The notes: generated by a model not told the origin, from the sequence alone. A DNA stretch of 22,669 nucleotides from Archangium sp. (GCA_031367385.1 JANLPS010000451.1:1-22669); one strand, 5' to 3'; positions 8,786 to 17,937 are shown, numbered from the stretch's first letter. A program made the numbers and translations.

Positions 8786-10459
8786 ATGACGCACGCTCTA
8801 CTGCTGTACGCTGCGCTGCTGAGCCTGAACGCGGGCAAAGCGGTCATCGCCAAGCCCGCGCCTGCGGCGCTCGTGCTCGACGGTGATCTCGTCGAATGGA
8901 ACCCTGGTCACTTCTCGACCAGCCCTCCGCTCGAGATCGTGGCCGGCACCTCGTTCGTCGAAGAAGGGGCCATCGCGTCAGACGCTGATCACTCGGCGCG
9001 CGTGTACGTGGGGTACGACGCGAAGGCGATCGTCGTCGGAGCGCTGATTACCGATGACCATCTGGTCTCCCAGTATCGAAAGGGCGATATGTGGCAGGGC
9101 GACCTGCTCGAAATCATCATTCCTCGCGCGGGGTTGGGCGTCTTACACGTCGGCATCAACCCGGTCGGTGACGTTCACGTCTTCTCGCCCCCGCAGAGCG
9201 CCACGGCCGCGGCAGAGAACGCGATTCGCGCGGCGGCTCGCATTGAAAAAGACGGCTGGGTGGTCGAAGTGTCGATACCCTTTCGGGCCTTCGGCGCGGT
9301 GGGCACTGAAGCCAAGTGGCCGATCAACTTCGCCTTCAAAGACGCCGACCCCGGAGAGCCCAGCGTCGGGCACCGGGTCTGGTCGGGCCTGCGCCACCAA
9401 CTGCGAGCCAGCGCGGGCACGATCACCTTCGACCGGAGCGCCGTCGCACCGGCGCCTGATCCCACCTGCCCTGCCTTCACCAAGACGATTGAGCTCACCG
9501 CTCCGCTCGCCGCGAAGGGTCAGGCGCTGGTCGCCAAGAACGAACCCGTGACGCTGCGCATCGTGAACTTTCAATCGGCCACCGAAAACTGGGCCACGTT
9601 CTGGTCGTCGTTTCGACCCGATGAAATTCGCTCGGGGCTCGATGCGGCCCAAAAGCTCAAAGCCAACGCGATTCGCATCTTCGTGTTCGACGACGTCTTC
9701 GGCATCGACCACCTGCGACCCGAGATGCTCGAGCACCTGCACTTCGTCGTTCGAGAGGCCGCCGCCCGTGGCCTGCTCTCGATCGTGAGCTTCTTTCCCT
9801 TCAAGAAGGAGTTCAGGCCCGAGTGGTACGCGCGCATGCAGGCGCACCTCGAGGCCATCGTGAGCTCGTTCGTCAACGACCCCGCCATCGCCATGTGGGA
9901 TCTGATGAACGAGCCCGACCACATGTGGGCCTTGTACGATGGCGGCGTCACCGCGGGCGATGTGTCGAAGTGGGCCTCGCGCATGTTCAGCGCAGTGAAG
10001 GCGGCCGACCCCAGCCACCTGGTGACCGTCGGGCTCGCTGGGCACTTTCTCGACAAGAAGGTCTTCGCCGCCGACGAGCTGTTGCCCTTCGTCGACGTGA
10101 TCTCGTTTCACTTCTACGGCGAGCTCACCGGGCTGCCCCCCGTCTTCGAGCGCGCCAGGGCTGGGGTGCAGAAGCCGTTGGTGCTCCAGGAGATCGGCGT
10201 CACGAGCCTCTACGAGTCTGACGACGAAGCCGTGCAGAAGCTCGACGCCATCTGTCAGCAGGCGGCGGCGTCTTCATTGAACGGCGTGGGCGTGTGGGAG
10301 CTGTTCGATCACCCCGTCGGCTCGATCGCGCACCTCACTCCGCGGTGGTCTGAGACGGTCGAGAATGACTTCGGGCTGCTGACGTTCGACAAGCGCTTCA
10401 AGCGGCAGGCAGCGTCATTTTGCCACTGCCTCAAAGTGCCCGGCTTTCGATTGAAGTGA
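8786..10459 (+). CDS. Secreted CBM9-like domain + clan GH-A (GH5-like) glycoside hydrolase, 557 aa
   Basis: Signal peptide; CBM9/DOMON-like sugar-binding motifs (LDGDLVEW, WQGDLLEI, GWVVEVSIPF); TIM-barrel motifs ANAIRIF, acid/base WDLMNEPD, DVISFHFY, nucleophile LVLQEIG, GVGVWEL. Confidence 0.85.
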   Translation: MTHALLLYAALLSLNAGKAVIAKPAPAALVLDGDLVEWNPGHFSTSPPLEIVAGTSFVEEGAIASDADHSARVYVGYDAKAIVVGALITDDHLVSQYRKGDMWQGDLLEIIIPRAGLGVLHVGINPVGDVHVFSPPQSATAAAENAIRAAARIEKDGWVVEVSIPFRAFGAVGTEAKWPINFAFKDADPGEPSVGHRVWSGLRHQLRASAGTITFDRSAVAPAPDPTCPAFTKTIELTAPLAAKGQALVAKNEPVTLRIVNFQSATENWATFWSSFRPDEIRSGLDAAQKLKANAIRIFVFDDVFGIDHLRPEMLEHLHFVVREAAARGLLSIVSFFPFKKEFRPEWYARMQAHLEAIVSSFVNDPAIAMWDLMNEPDHMWALYDGGVTAGDVSKWASRMFSAVKAADPSHLVTVGLAGHFLDKKVFAADELLPFVDVISFHFYGELTGLPPVFERARAGVQKPLVLQEIGVTSLYESDDEAVQKLDAICQQAAASSLNGVGVWELFDHPVGSIAHLTPRWSETVENDFGLLTFDKRFKRQAASFCHCLKVPGFRLK

Positions 10460-10509
10460 GGGGGGGGGCCTGGCCCAGGTAGGCGAAAGTATGACATGTG
10501 GGCGTCCCT

Positions 10510-12900
10510 ATGAACCGTGCCCTCCTGGTCTCCCTGATGTGCCTGGTGAGCTGTGCCCGCATGTACCCCGACAAGGTGGCGATGGGGGTTGCCCGGCTCA
10601 GCGTGCGTGATGCCGCGGTGCTCACGGCGCTGATCAATGCCGACACCACGTGCGGGTTCGCGTCGCCTGGGGTGTTGAGTCAGCCTCAGATCAACGAATC
10701 GGCCGGTACCGTTCAGTGGACGGTGAAGGACTGCCGACTCTCGTTCGGTGGGCTTCGCGAGGTCGCGAAAGACTGCGGGGGCGTGGCGACGCGCGTGGGA
10801 GGCGCCGTGGTGGTCTCTGCCACCCGCACCATCACCGGCACGCTTACCGGCAACACCGCCAACCCGGTCGTACCGATGGGGCCCGACGCGGTGGTGATCT
10901 CGATCACCGCCAAGCCCGAAGACTTCATCGTTCGCATCGACGGCCAGAAGACCGCGCTGACCATTCACTCTGGCGTGCTGTCGTACCAGGCCACTCCGCG
11001 GTTGGCGGTCTCGAGCTCGAAGGGCGTGTGCGCGGTGCCCACCAACGACGTGCGGCTCGAGGGGCTCAAGTACGACAATGCTGACGTCACCATCGACAAC
11101 GACGGCAGCTTGATTGACGCCGATGTCGCCAGCTCGTCGTTTTCGGCGCAAGTGGGCAAGGGCGCAGACCGCGAGAACGCCTTGTGGGGGCAGCTGACCG
11201 TCTTCGGCTCGAGCCAGACCATGCCCACGGCTTCAGACAAAGACGGCCTCGACCCCACCTACGACAGCGACGCCTACCGAAAGACCTGGTCGTGCGCCCC
11301 CGACCTCGCGCAGCCGATCAGCAACATCTGCCCGTCACTCGACGAAGCGGTCGGCCAGGGCGCAGCGCGGCTGACAGTGATGGCGGCCGGTAAATTGGCG
11401 AGCCTGATCGACAGCGACACCCACTGCGGGTTCTCGAACCCCGCGGTGATTGCTGCAGCGGTGAACACCGGCATCGTGGGCGACCGCGAGGGCAGCTCGA
11501 CCACCAGCATCAGTGCGCCTTGCCGGGTGCAGTTCGATTGGCCGACCGTGGTCTCTCGCGACTGCAACGGCGTCGAATACACCATGCAGGGCGCCGTGTT
11601 GGTCACCGGCACCAAGACGGTGCGCGGGATTGTGTCGGGCGACCCGCTCGAGCCCGTGGTGCCCACCAGCCGTGACGCGGCCGAGCTGAAGCTCTCGTTC
11701 GCCTTCGACACCTTCAAGATTGGTGATTCGAAGGGCCATGCGCTCAGCGTGACCTCGGGCACCTTAAGCGGCACCGTGCACCCGCGCCTGGCGAAAGACA
11801 CGATGACTGGCGCCTGTTCGATCGTGACCGCGGTGGCCGATTTCTCACACCTGAGCTGGGCCAAAGGCGTGGCGAAGGTCACCAGCGATGGCAACACCCT
11901 CAACGCCGTCATCGACAGCTCGGCGATCGAGGCGCTGAACGGCAACAAGAACGGCAACGTCAACACGCTCGCGGGCACGATGTGGGTCAACAGCAAGTTG
12001 GTGACGATGCCTGCTGTGCTCGACCCTGAGTACAACCAGACGTCGTTCGACGCGAGCTACGCGTGCCTGCCCCACATGGTGGTGCCGGCTTCTGAAGCCG
12101 ACTGCTCGCTCTACCCCGAGCTGGCCAAGAACGCGGCGCGGTTGATGGTGCAGACCGCCGGTGCGGCGGCGTCGCGCGTGAATGCCGACAAGAAATGCGG
12201 GTTCGAGACGCTGCTGGTCAAAGTGGCCCCGACGAGCGTTCAGGGCGGCGACGGAGAGATGGGCTCGATGAAGTGGCACGTCAACACCTGCAACGTTGGC
12301 CACGAGGGCGCGACCGACTACGCCACGAATTGCTCTGGCGCGAAAGACTTCGTCGAAGGCACCTTGGGTGTCTCGGCCACCCGCACGGTCACTGGCATGC
12401 GCAAGGTGTTGCTGGGGGTGATCAACTCGATCACGCCGGCCAGCAGTGACGCGGTCACGATCGCGCTCGACAAGGTCGACCTGGTCGAGGTCGCCGCCTG
12501 GCGGCTCGACCCGGGCGCCACTGCGCCGCGCGGCAAGCTCGTCTTTCACACGGGCGAGCTGAGCGGCACGGTCTTGCCGATCACCGCGCAGCGCCGCAGC
12601 GCCCCGGGCACCTATGACATCTCCACGCCGATTGCGCGCTTCAGCGAGCTGTCGTTGGGCGAGGCGCACGCGACGCTGTTCGCAGGGCCCAAGCGCTTCA
12701 ACCTGAACCTGACCTCGGCGAAGCTGTCAGCGATGAACGGCCGGTGGATGGGCCAAGGCAACACGATGACTGGCACCGTCGTGATCGACGGCCAGACGGT
12801 CACCATCGCCGGCGAGCCGCTCGACCCGCTCTACGACCAGCCCGCGTTCGATGCGAGCTATGCGTGCACGTCTGACATGCAGGCGACGATTGCGCCGTAG
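10510..12900 (+). CDS. Large lipoprotein of three tandem ~250-aa Cys-containing beta-rich repeats, ~796 aa
   Basis: ATG 10510, lipobox LVSC. Three units each begin ARL..(N/D)xD..CGF and end LDPxY..(A/S)C. Confidence 0.85.
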   Translation: MNRALLVSLMCLVSCARMYPDKVAMGVARLSVRDAAVLTALINADTTCGFASPGVLSQPQINESAGTVQWTVKDCRLSFGGLREVAKDCGGVATRVGGAVVVSATRTITGTLTGNTANPVVPMGPDAVVISITAKPEDFIVRIDGQKTALTIHSGVLSYQATPRLAVSSSKGVCAVPTNDVRLEGLKYDNADVTIDNDGSLIDADVASSSFSAQVGKGADRENALWGQLTVFGSSQTMPTASDKDGLDPTYDSDAYRKTWSCAPDLAQPISNICPSLDEAVGQGAARLTVMAAGKLASLIDSDTHCGFSNPAVIAAAVNTGIVGDREGSSTTSISAPCRVQFDWPTVVSRDCNGVEYTMQGAVLVTGTKTVRGIVSGDPLEPVVPTSRDAAELKLSFAFDTFKIGDSKGHALSVTSGTLSGTVHPRLAKDTMTGACSIVTAVADFSHLSWAKGVAKVTSDGNTLNAVIDSSAIEALNGNKNGNVNTLAGTMWVNSKLVTMPAVLDPEYNQTSFDASYACLPHMVVPASEADCSLYPELAKNAARLMVQTAGAAASRVNADKKCGFETLLVKVAPTSVQGGDGEMGSMKWHVNTCNVGHEGATDYATNCSGAKDFVEGTLGVSATRTVTGMRKVLLGVINSITPASSDAVTIALDKVDLVEVAAWRLDPGATAPRGKLVFHTGELSGTVLPITAQRRSAPGTYDISTPIARFSELSLGEAHATLFAGPKRFNLNLTSAKLSAMNGRWMGQGNTMTGTVVIDGQTVTIAGEPLDPLYDQPAFDASYACTSDMQATIAP

Positions 12901-12981
12901 TTGCAGAGAATGAATGACTGGCTGACAAAGGCCCGCCCTAATTGTTTTGCGGCTTTCGGCCAAACACGGCAACACTGAGAT

Positions 12982-14874
12982 GTGGCTGATTCGAAGACCG
13001 ACTCGATCGTAGCGCTTGCCAATGACCTCCCGGTGGGGGTTTGGGTCGCACGGGTGCCCAGCGGTGAGCTGGTGTACGCGAACCGAACCTTCACCGAGAT
13101 CATGGGCATGGCGGCCCGCGGCGACGTCGCGGTGGGTCACTATGCCGAGCCCTACGGCATCTACACGCGCGACGGCGAGATCTACCCAGAAGACCGCCTG
13201 CCCTTCGTTCGCGCGGTGAATGAGCGCACGACGGTCATCGTCGATGACATCTCGATTCATCGAGGCGACGGCCGTCGTGTCGACGTTCGTGCCATCGCCC
13301 GACCCATCTTCGAGGCCGACGAGCTCACGCTCGTCTCGATCGCGTTTACTGACGTCACCGCTGAGGTCGAGGCGCTTCGCGCAAAAGACGAGCTCCAGGC
13401 CCGCCTCAAGAGAATCATCGATTGCGCTCCCATCATTCTGTTCTCGTTCGATACCCGGGGCGTCATCACGCTCTCAGAGGGGCACGGGCTCGAGTCAATC
13501 GGCTTCAAGCCCGGTGACCTGGTGGGCCGAGACGTGGCAGACCTCTACAAACACGCTCCTGAGGTACTGGCCGCGCTGAAGCGGGCGCTGGCTGGCGAAG
13601 AGTTTCATGTCAGGGCCAAGGCAGGCCCAGTCACCTTCGAGACGACGTTCGTGCCGTTGCGAAACGCGGCAGGCACGATGGTCGGCGTGACGGGGGTCTC
13701 GAGCAACGTGACCGAGCGTGAAAATCTGCATGCGCGGCTCGTTCAATCGGCGCGAATGGCCTCTTTGGGCACCATCGCCTCGAGCGTGGCGCACGAAGTG
13801 AATACGCCGCTTGCCTACATCGCCTCGAGCCTCGACCACGTCAGCGCCGAGCTCGACAAGGTGCGCCGCGGAGGCACCCTCGAGAGCGTCGAGACCCTGT
13901 ACGACCTCTTGCAAGAGGCCCGAAAGGGCGTCGATCGCGTGAAGACCATCTCACGTGACCTCAATGTGTTCTCGCGGCCTCACGAGCGAGAAGAGCCTGT
14001 CGATGTACGGGCCGTGCTCGAGACCGCCATTCGCATGGCCTCGAATGGCACCTCACAGCGCGCCCGGCTGGAGCGGGCCTTTCACGATGTGCCGCCGGTG
14101 ATGGCGAACGAGACGCGGTTGGCACAGGTATTTCTCAACCTCTTGGTGAACGCGGCGCAATCGATACCTGAAGGCGAGCCGAGCAAGAACGAGATTCGCG
14201 TGACGACCCGAGCGCTCGAAGGGCGGGTCGTCATCGAGGTCAGCGACTCCGGGCCTGGCATCGAGGCGGCCATCTTGCCCCGCATCTTCGACCCATTTTT
14301 CACCACGCGCTCTCCGGGTGAGGGCACCGGGCTGGGGCTGGCCATTTGCCAAGACATCGTGCACTCGATTGGCGGTGAAATTTCGGCGTCGAACAACCCG
14401 GCCGGGGGTGCGACGTTCACGGTCTGCCTGCCGAGCGCCTCACGGCCGCACTCCCCCGAGGCGAGACCGGAGCGCTCGAAGCTCGAGAAGCGCGCCCGGG
14501 TGCTGATCGTCGACGACAACCCTTCACTGCTCAAGGTGTTGCAGCTCAGCCTGGGGGCGACCTGCGAGCTCGAGGTCGTCAGCAATGGGTCAGAAGCGTT
14601 GAAGCGGTTGTTGGAGCGCGAGCCCTACGACGTCGTGCTCTGCGACCTGATGATGCCCGACATCACCGGGATGGACGTGTTCGAGCGGCTGCGCGCGGCC
14701 CGGCCATCGATGGAGCGAGCGCTCTGCTTCATGACCGGAGGTGCGTTCACGCCTCGGGCGCGAGCGTTCTTGGCGCAGGTGCCCAACCCCTGCTTCGAGA
14801 AGCCGTTCGACTTCGGAGAGGTCATTGGGCGCGTGCTGGCTGAGCGTCAGGTGTCGGCGCCCACCTCACATTGA
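12982..14874 (+). CDS. Cytoplasmic PAS-PAS hybrid histidine kinase with receiver domain, 630 aa
   Basis: Two PAS/PAC units (LPVGVWV..YANRTF; APIILFSFDTRG), H-box AHEVNTPL, QVFLNLLVNAAQS, DSGPG, FDPFFTT, GTGLGL. Receiver VLIVDD..VVLCDLMMP..MTGG..EKPF. Confidence 0.95.
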   Translation: MADSKTDSIVALANDLPVGVWVARVPSGELVYANRTFTEIMGMAARGDVAVGHYAEPYGIYTRDGEIYPEDRLPFVRAVNERTTVIVDDISIHRGDGRRVDVRAIARPIFEADELTLVSIAFTDVTAEVEALRAKDELQARLKRIIDCAPIILFSFDTRGVITLSEGHGLESIGFKPGDLVGRDVADLYKHAPEVLAALKRALAGEEFHVRAKAGPVTFETTFVPLRNAAGTMVGVTGVSSNVTERENLHARLVQSARMASLGTIASSVAHEVNTPLAYIASSLDHVSAELDKVRRGGTLESVETLYDLLQEARKGVDRVKTISRDLNVFSRPHEREEPVDVRAVLETAIRMASNGTSQRARLERAFHDVPPVMANETRLAQVFLNLLVNAAQSIPEGEPSKNEIRVTTRALEGRVVIEVSDSGPGIEAAILPRIFDPFFTTRSPGEGTGLGLAICQDIVHSIGGEISASNNPAGGATFTVCLPSASRPHSPEARPERSKLEKRARVLIVDDNPSLLKVLQLSLGATCELEVVSNGSEALKRLLEREPYDVVLCDLMMPDITGMDVFERLRAARPSMERALCFMTGGAFTPRARAFLAQVPNPCFEKPFDFGEVIGRVLAERQVSAPTSH

Positions 14875-15695
14875 TGACTTCTGTGAAGGGTGTGGTTGAC
14901 TCCCCCGCAGTGGCCTTCGACTACGAAAAAGTGACCTGGGGCGGCGGCGACGTCGTCTCTCCAACAGCTCCCGATTTTTTAGATCACAGCCTGCATCTTC
15001 GGTACGCGCTCGACGCGCTTCGAGAGATTCAAGGCAAGGTGATCGAGATCGGCTGTGGCTCAGGGCGGTTCATCGCCTCGGTCAAGGCCGCCCGCCCCGA
15101 CCTCGACGCCTACGGGTGCGACCTGAGCAAGACCGCGCTCGAAGCCGCTGCGAGCCGAACCGGCGTGCACTTCGACGAGGCCTCTGCCGAAGCCCTGCCC
15201 TACCGCGATGGCGAATTCGCAGGCGTGCTGATGATCGACGTGCTCGAGCACCTCGATCAGACCGGGCCCGGCCTGGCCGAGGTGCGGCGCATCATGCAAC
15301 CCGGCGGCGTGTTTCATCTCGTCTTCCCCTGTGAGGGGCACCCTGCGACGTTGCATGGCCGCTTCAAGACGCTCTCGGAGCTGAAGCGAAAGTACGCCGG
15401 GCACGTGCAGAAGCTGTCTCCGTGGCAGCTCAAGCGCACGTTGATCGAGGCCGGCTTCACCGTCGACACGATGCTCTACAGCTACCACGGGCTCGGGCAG
15501 CTCTACGATCTCGCGGTCTTCGGCTCGATGGGCCTGGGCTTCGACACCCACAAGGCCCGGCAGCAGCACGTCGAATCGAGCGGGCTCTCGCCGCTCAAAG
15601 TGGCGCGAAAGGTCTTGTCGCGGGTGCTCTACTGGGAGTCGCGCTTGCTGGCGAAGGTGCCGTTGGGAATGACGGTGCATGTTACCTGTCACTGA
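14874..15695 (+). CDS. Class I SAM-dependent methyltransferase (Methyltransf_11-like), ~273 aa
   Basis: Motif I VIEIGCGSG, then GCDLS, ASAEALPYRDGEF, DVLEHL, PGGVF. The ATG overlaps the kinase stop (TGATG); exact start uncertain. Confidence 0.9.
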   Translation: MTSVKGVVDSPAVAFDYEKVTWGGGDVVSPTAPDFLDHSLHLRYALDALREIQGKVIEIGCGSGRFIASVKAARPDLDAYGCDLSKTALEAAASRTGVHFDEASAEALPYRDGEFAGVLMIDVLEHLDQTGPGLAEVRRIMQPGGVFHLVFPCEGHPATLHGRFKTLSELKRKYAGHVQKLSPWQLKRTLIEAGFTVDTMLYSYHGLGQLYDLAVFGSMGLGFDTHKARQQHVESSGLSPLKVARKVLSRVLYWESRLLAKVPLGMTVHVTCH

Positions 15696-17352
15696 GAGCG
15701 CTCCGGCGAAGTTGCCGCAGTGGTTTCTGGTGGGCCTGGTGGCCACTCCGGTTCTGCTGAGCCTGTTCAGCGGGTATCAGCAGCGGGCCTTCGATTCGTA
15801 TGTGCACATGTTTTTCGCCGACCACTACCTGCGGGGGTGGTTCGACCTGTGGGAGCCGCGCTGGTACGGCGGTTTTTCAGTCATCACCTACCCACCGCTC
15901 GCGCACCAGCTGGTCGCGGTCTTCGCCAGCGTCATCGGGTACGAGCCGGGGTTCATTCTCACCATGGCCTTGGCGATGACCGCGCTGCCGTTCGCGGCGG
16001 CGGCGTTTGCAAAGGCGATCGGCGCAAAGGCGGCGGTGCCGTGGGTCTTCGTGCTGCTGGCGATTTGGCCGACCTCGCACCGGTTCGCCTACGTCTACGG
16101 TCAGCTGCCGATGATGGTGGCGACGCCGCTGGCGTTGTTCGCGATGGCGATGCTCAAGCGGTACCTGACCCTGGGAGGCACTCGGCGGCTGATGTTGTTC
16201 GGCGCCCTGGTGGGCGCGACCGCGGCGGCGCACCACGTGACCACCATCTTCGCGGCGCTGGGCTGCGGCATGGTCGGCGTCGGGCACGTCTTTTTTTCGA
16301 GTCAGCGAGGCGCGTTTCGAACGGTGCTCGTTCGCTCGGTGCTGGGGGCCTGCGTGGCGGCGGTGGCGATCGTCGTCACGATCTTGCCGTTCTGGCAGTT
16401 CGCCCGCCAAGAACCGCAGACCGAAATTCCTCACATCTCGAGAGACCCGCTGTGGGAGCGCCCGTTCGGGCTCGACGTGATCGAGCAGCTGATCTTCGTC
16501 GCAGTGGGCGTGGTGGGCATGATCTACGCGGCGCTGCGCCAGCGGCCGTTGTTCATGCTCGCGGCCGGCGTGACCTTCTTCGCCGTGCTCTCGATGGGCA
16601 CGACCACCGACATCCCCAAGGTGCTGTTTGGTTCGCAGTATCGGTGGCTCACCTACGACAAGTTTCAAAACTGGGCGGCGATCTGGTTTTGCGTGTTGGT
16701 GGCCCAGGCGGTGAGCCGGGTGAATCGCGCGATCGTGGTGCCGATGGTCGCCGTGCTGTTGCCGCTCGCGTTGCTGTCGGTCAGCCACAAGGGGTCAGAC
16801 CTGCTGCAGCCCGAGTTCGTGCAAGACATTCGGCCGTTGCTCGAGCCCCTCAACCAGCCCGACTCGTCGAAGTACCGGCACCTCACCCTGGGCTTCGGCG
16901 ATCAGTTCTGCCGCTTGAGCATTTATGGGCAGTCACCCAACGTCGACGGCGACTACCACACGGCCCGCAACGACCCGGTGCTGCGCACCAGCGGAGTCGC
17001 GACCCTCGATGCCTCGAAGTACTACCCCGAGGGGCCTCGGGTGCTGCACTCGGTGCTCTCACGCGCCGACGAGCTGAGCCTGCGGTGGGTGTATGTGTAC
17101 GACCCCGGGTACTACGACGCGTTGTTGGCGGAGGGGTACGCGTTGAAAGACGTGTGGCCCAATGGCGTCACGTTGTTCGAGAAGGCCGACGTGCCGCCGA
17201 TTGAGAGCACCGACGCGAGGCCAATCACGCGATGGGGCCTGTTCTGGGGCATCGTGCCGCTGAGCGTGCTGGGGTTGGCCGTGCTGCTGGCAATGCTCGA
17301 GCTTCGGCGCGGCGGCTGGGACGGTCGGCCTCTCGTGGGGTCGTCAGGTTGA
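15679..17352 (+). CDS. Polytopic membrane protein, GT-C-type glycosyltransferase-like (PTPS-related membrane family), 557 aa
   Basis: TM1 followed by loop DSYVH..W.PRWYGG..YPPL, typical of GT-C/PTPS-related proteins. About 11-12 hydrophobic segments, an HH motif (AAAHHVT), a soluble C-terminal domain and a final TM. Overlaps the methyltransferase by 17 nt. Confidence 0.75.
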   Translation: MLPVTESAPAKLPQWFLVGLVATPVLLSLFSGYQQRAFDSYVHMFFADHYLRGWFDLWEPRWYGGFSVITYPPLAHQLVAVFASVIGYEPGFILTMALAMTALPFAAAAFAKAIGAKAAVPWVFVLLAIWPTSHRFAYVYGQLPMMVATPLALFAMAMLKRYLTLGGTRRLMLFGALVGATAAAHHVTTIFAALGCGMVGVGHVFFSSQRGAFRTVLVRSVLGACVAAVAIVVTILPFWQFARQEPQTEIPHISRDPLWERPFGLDVIEQLIFVAVGVVGMIYAALRQRPLFMLAAGVTFFAVLSMGTTTDIPKVLFGSQYRWLTYDKFQNWAAIWFCVLVAQAVSRVNRAIVVPMVAVLLPLALLSVSHKGSDLLQPEFVQDIRPLLEPLNQPDSSKYRHLTLGFGDQFCRLSIYGQSPNVDGDYHTARNDPVLRTSGVATLDASKYYPEGPRVLHSVLSRADELSLRWVYVYDPGYYDALLAEGYALKDVWPNGVTLFEKADVPPIESTDARPITRWGLFWGIVPLSVLGLAVLLAMLELRRGGWDGRPLVGSSG

Positions 17353-17375
17353 ACACCCACGCCACGAGGAACACA

Positions 17376-17870
17376 ATGACAACCGTCAATCGCAGCAGCT
17401 CGGGCCCCGTGCCCATCGGTGCGGTCTCGCCTGCGCCGTGGGTCAATGACCTGCAGCGTGCCATCAAAGACAACGTGTTGAAGAAGACCGAGGTCGGTTC
17501 TCTCATCGCGCCGTATCTCTCTCAGCTCGACGTCAACCCCGAGTTTCGCGCAGTGCTCGAGGGGCTCCTGACCCGCACGAATTTGCACTTCGGGCCAGGG
17601 GCGAAGCAGGCGCTGGTGGAGCTGCTCGGGCCGCAGCTTTCGGGGCCGACTGTGTCGAAGGCTCCGTGGCTTGCCGACTTAGACAAGGCGATCTCCGATC
17701 GACGTTTGACTGAATCAGAGTTCAACGAGCGCATCGCACCCCAAGCGACCTTGCTCGATTCGAACCCCGAGTACGTCAAGAAGCTTGGGTCGCTGATGAA
17801 TGACCGGCACCTCAGCATCGACCCGAGGGCCCGCACTTTGCTCAGGGCGATGCTCGGGCCTCAGACGTAG
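17376..17870 (+). CDS. Hypothetical protein made of two tandem 68-aa helical repeats, 164 aa
   Basis: SD gagga 5 nt before ATG 17376; clear internal duplication (APW..LGPQ twice). Confidence 0.8.
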   Translation: MTTVNRSSSGPVPIGAVSPAPWVNDLQRAIKDNVLKKTEVGSLIAPYLSQLDVNPEFRAVLEGLLTRTNLHFGPGAKQALVELLGPQLSGPTVSKAPWLADLDKAISDRRLTESEFNERIAPQATLLDSNPEYVKKLGSLMNDRHLSIDPRARTLLRAMLGPQT

Positions 17871-17937
17871 CCGTGGAGTCGGTGGGCGGCGTTGGGGGTC
17901 AGCGAAGGCAGCGCTTCTTCTCTCTCTGGAGGCAGTC

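Noticed and set aside
15720..17204. 494-aa alternative-frame ORF inside the GT-C gene
   Set aside because: Arg/Gly/Ala-rich shadow ORF expected from high-GC3 codon bias, with no motifs.
15679..17352. 6-pyruvoyl-tetrahydropterin synthase activity implied by the family name
   Set aside because: The sequence is a polytopic membrane protein with GT-C-like features and no T-fold PTPS motifs.
17232..17375. Longer starts for the two hypothetical genes (17232 and 17800)
   Set aside because: They overlap upstream genes. Clear SD sites support ATG 17376 and ATG 17938.
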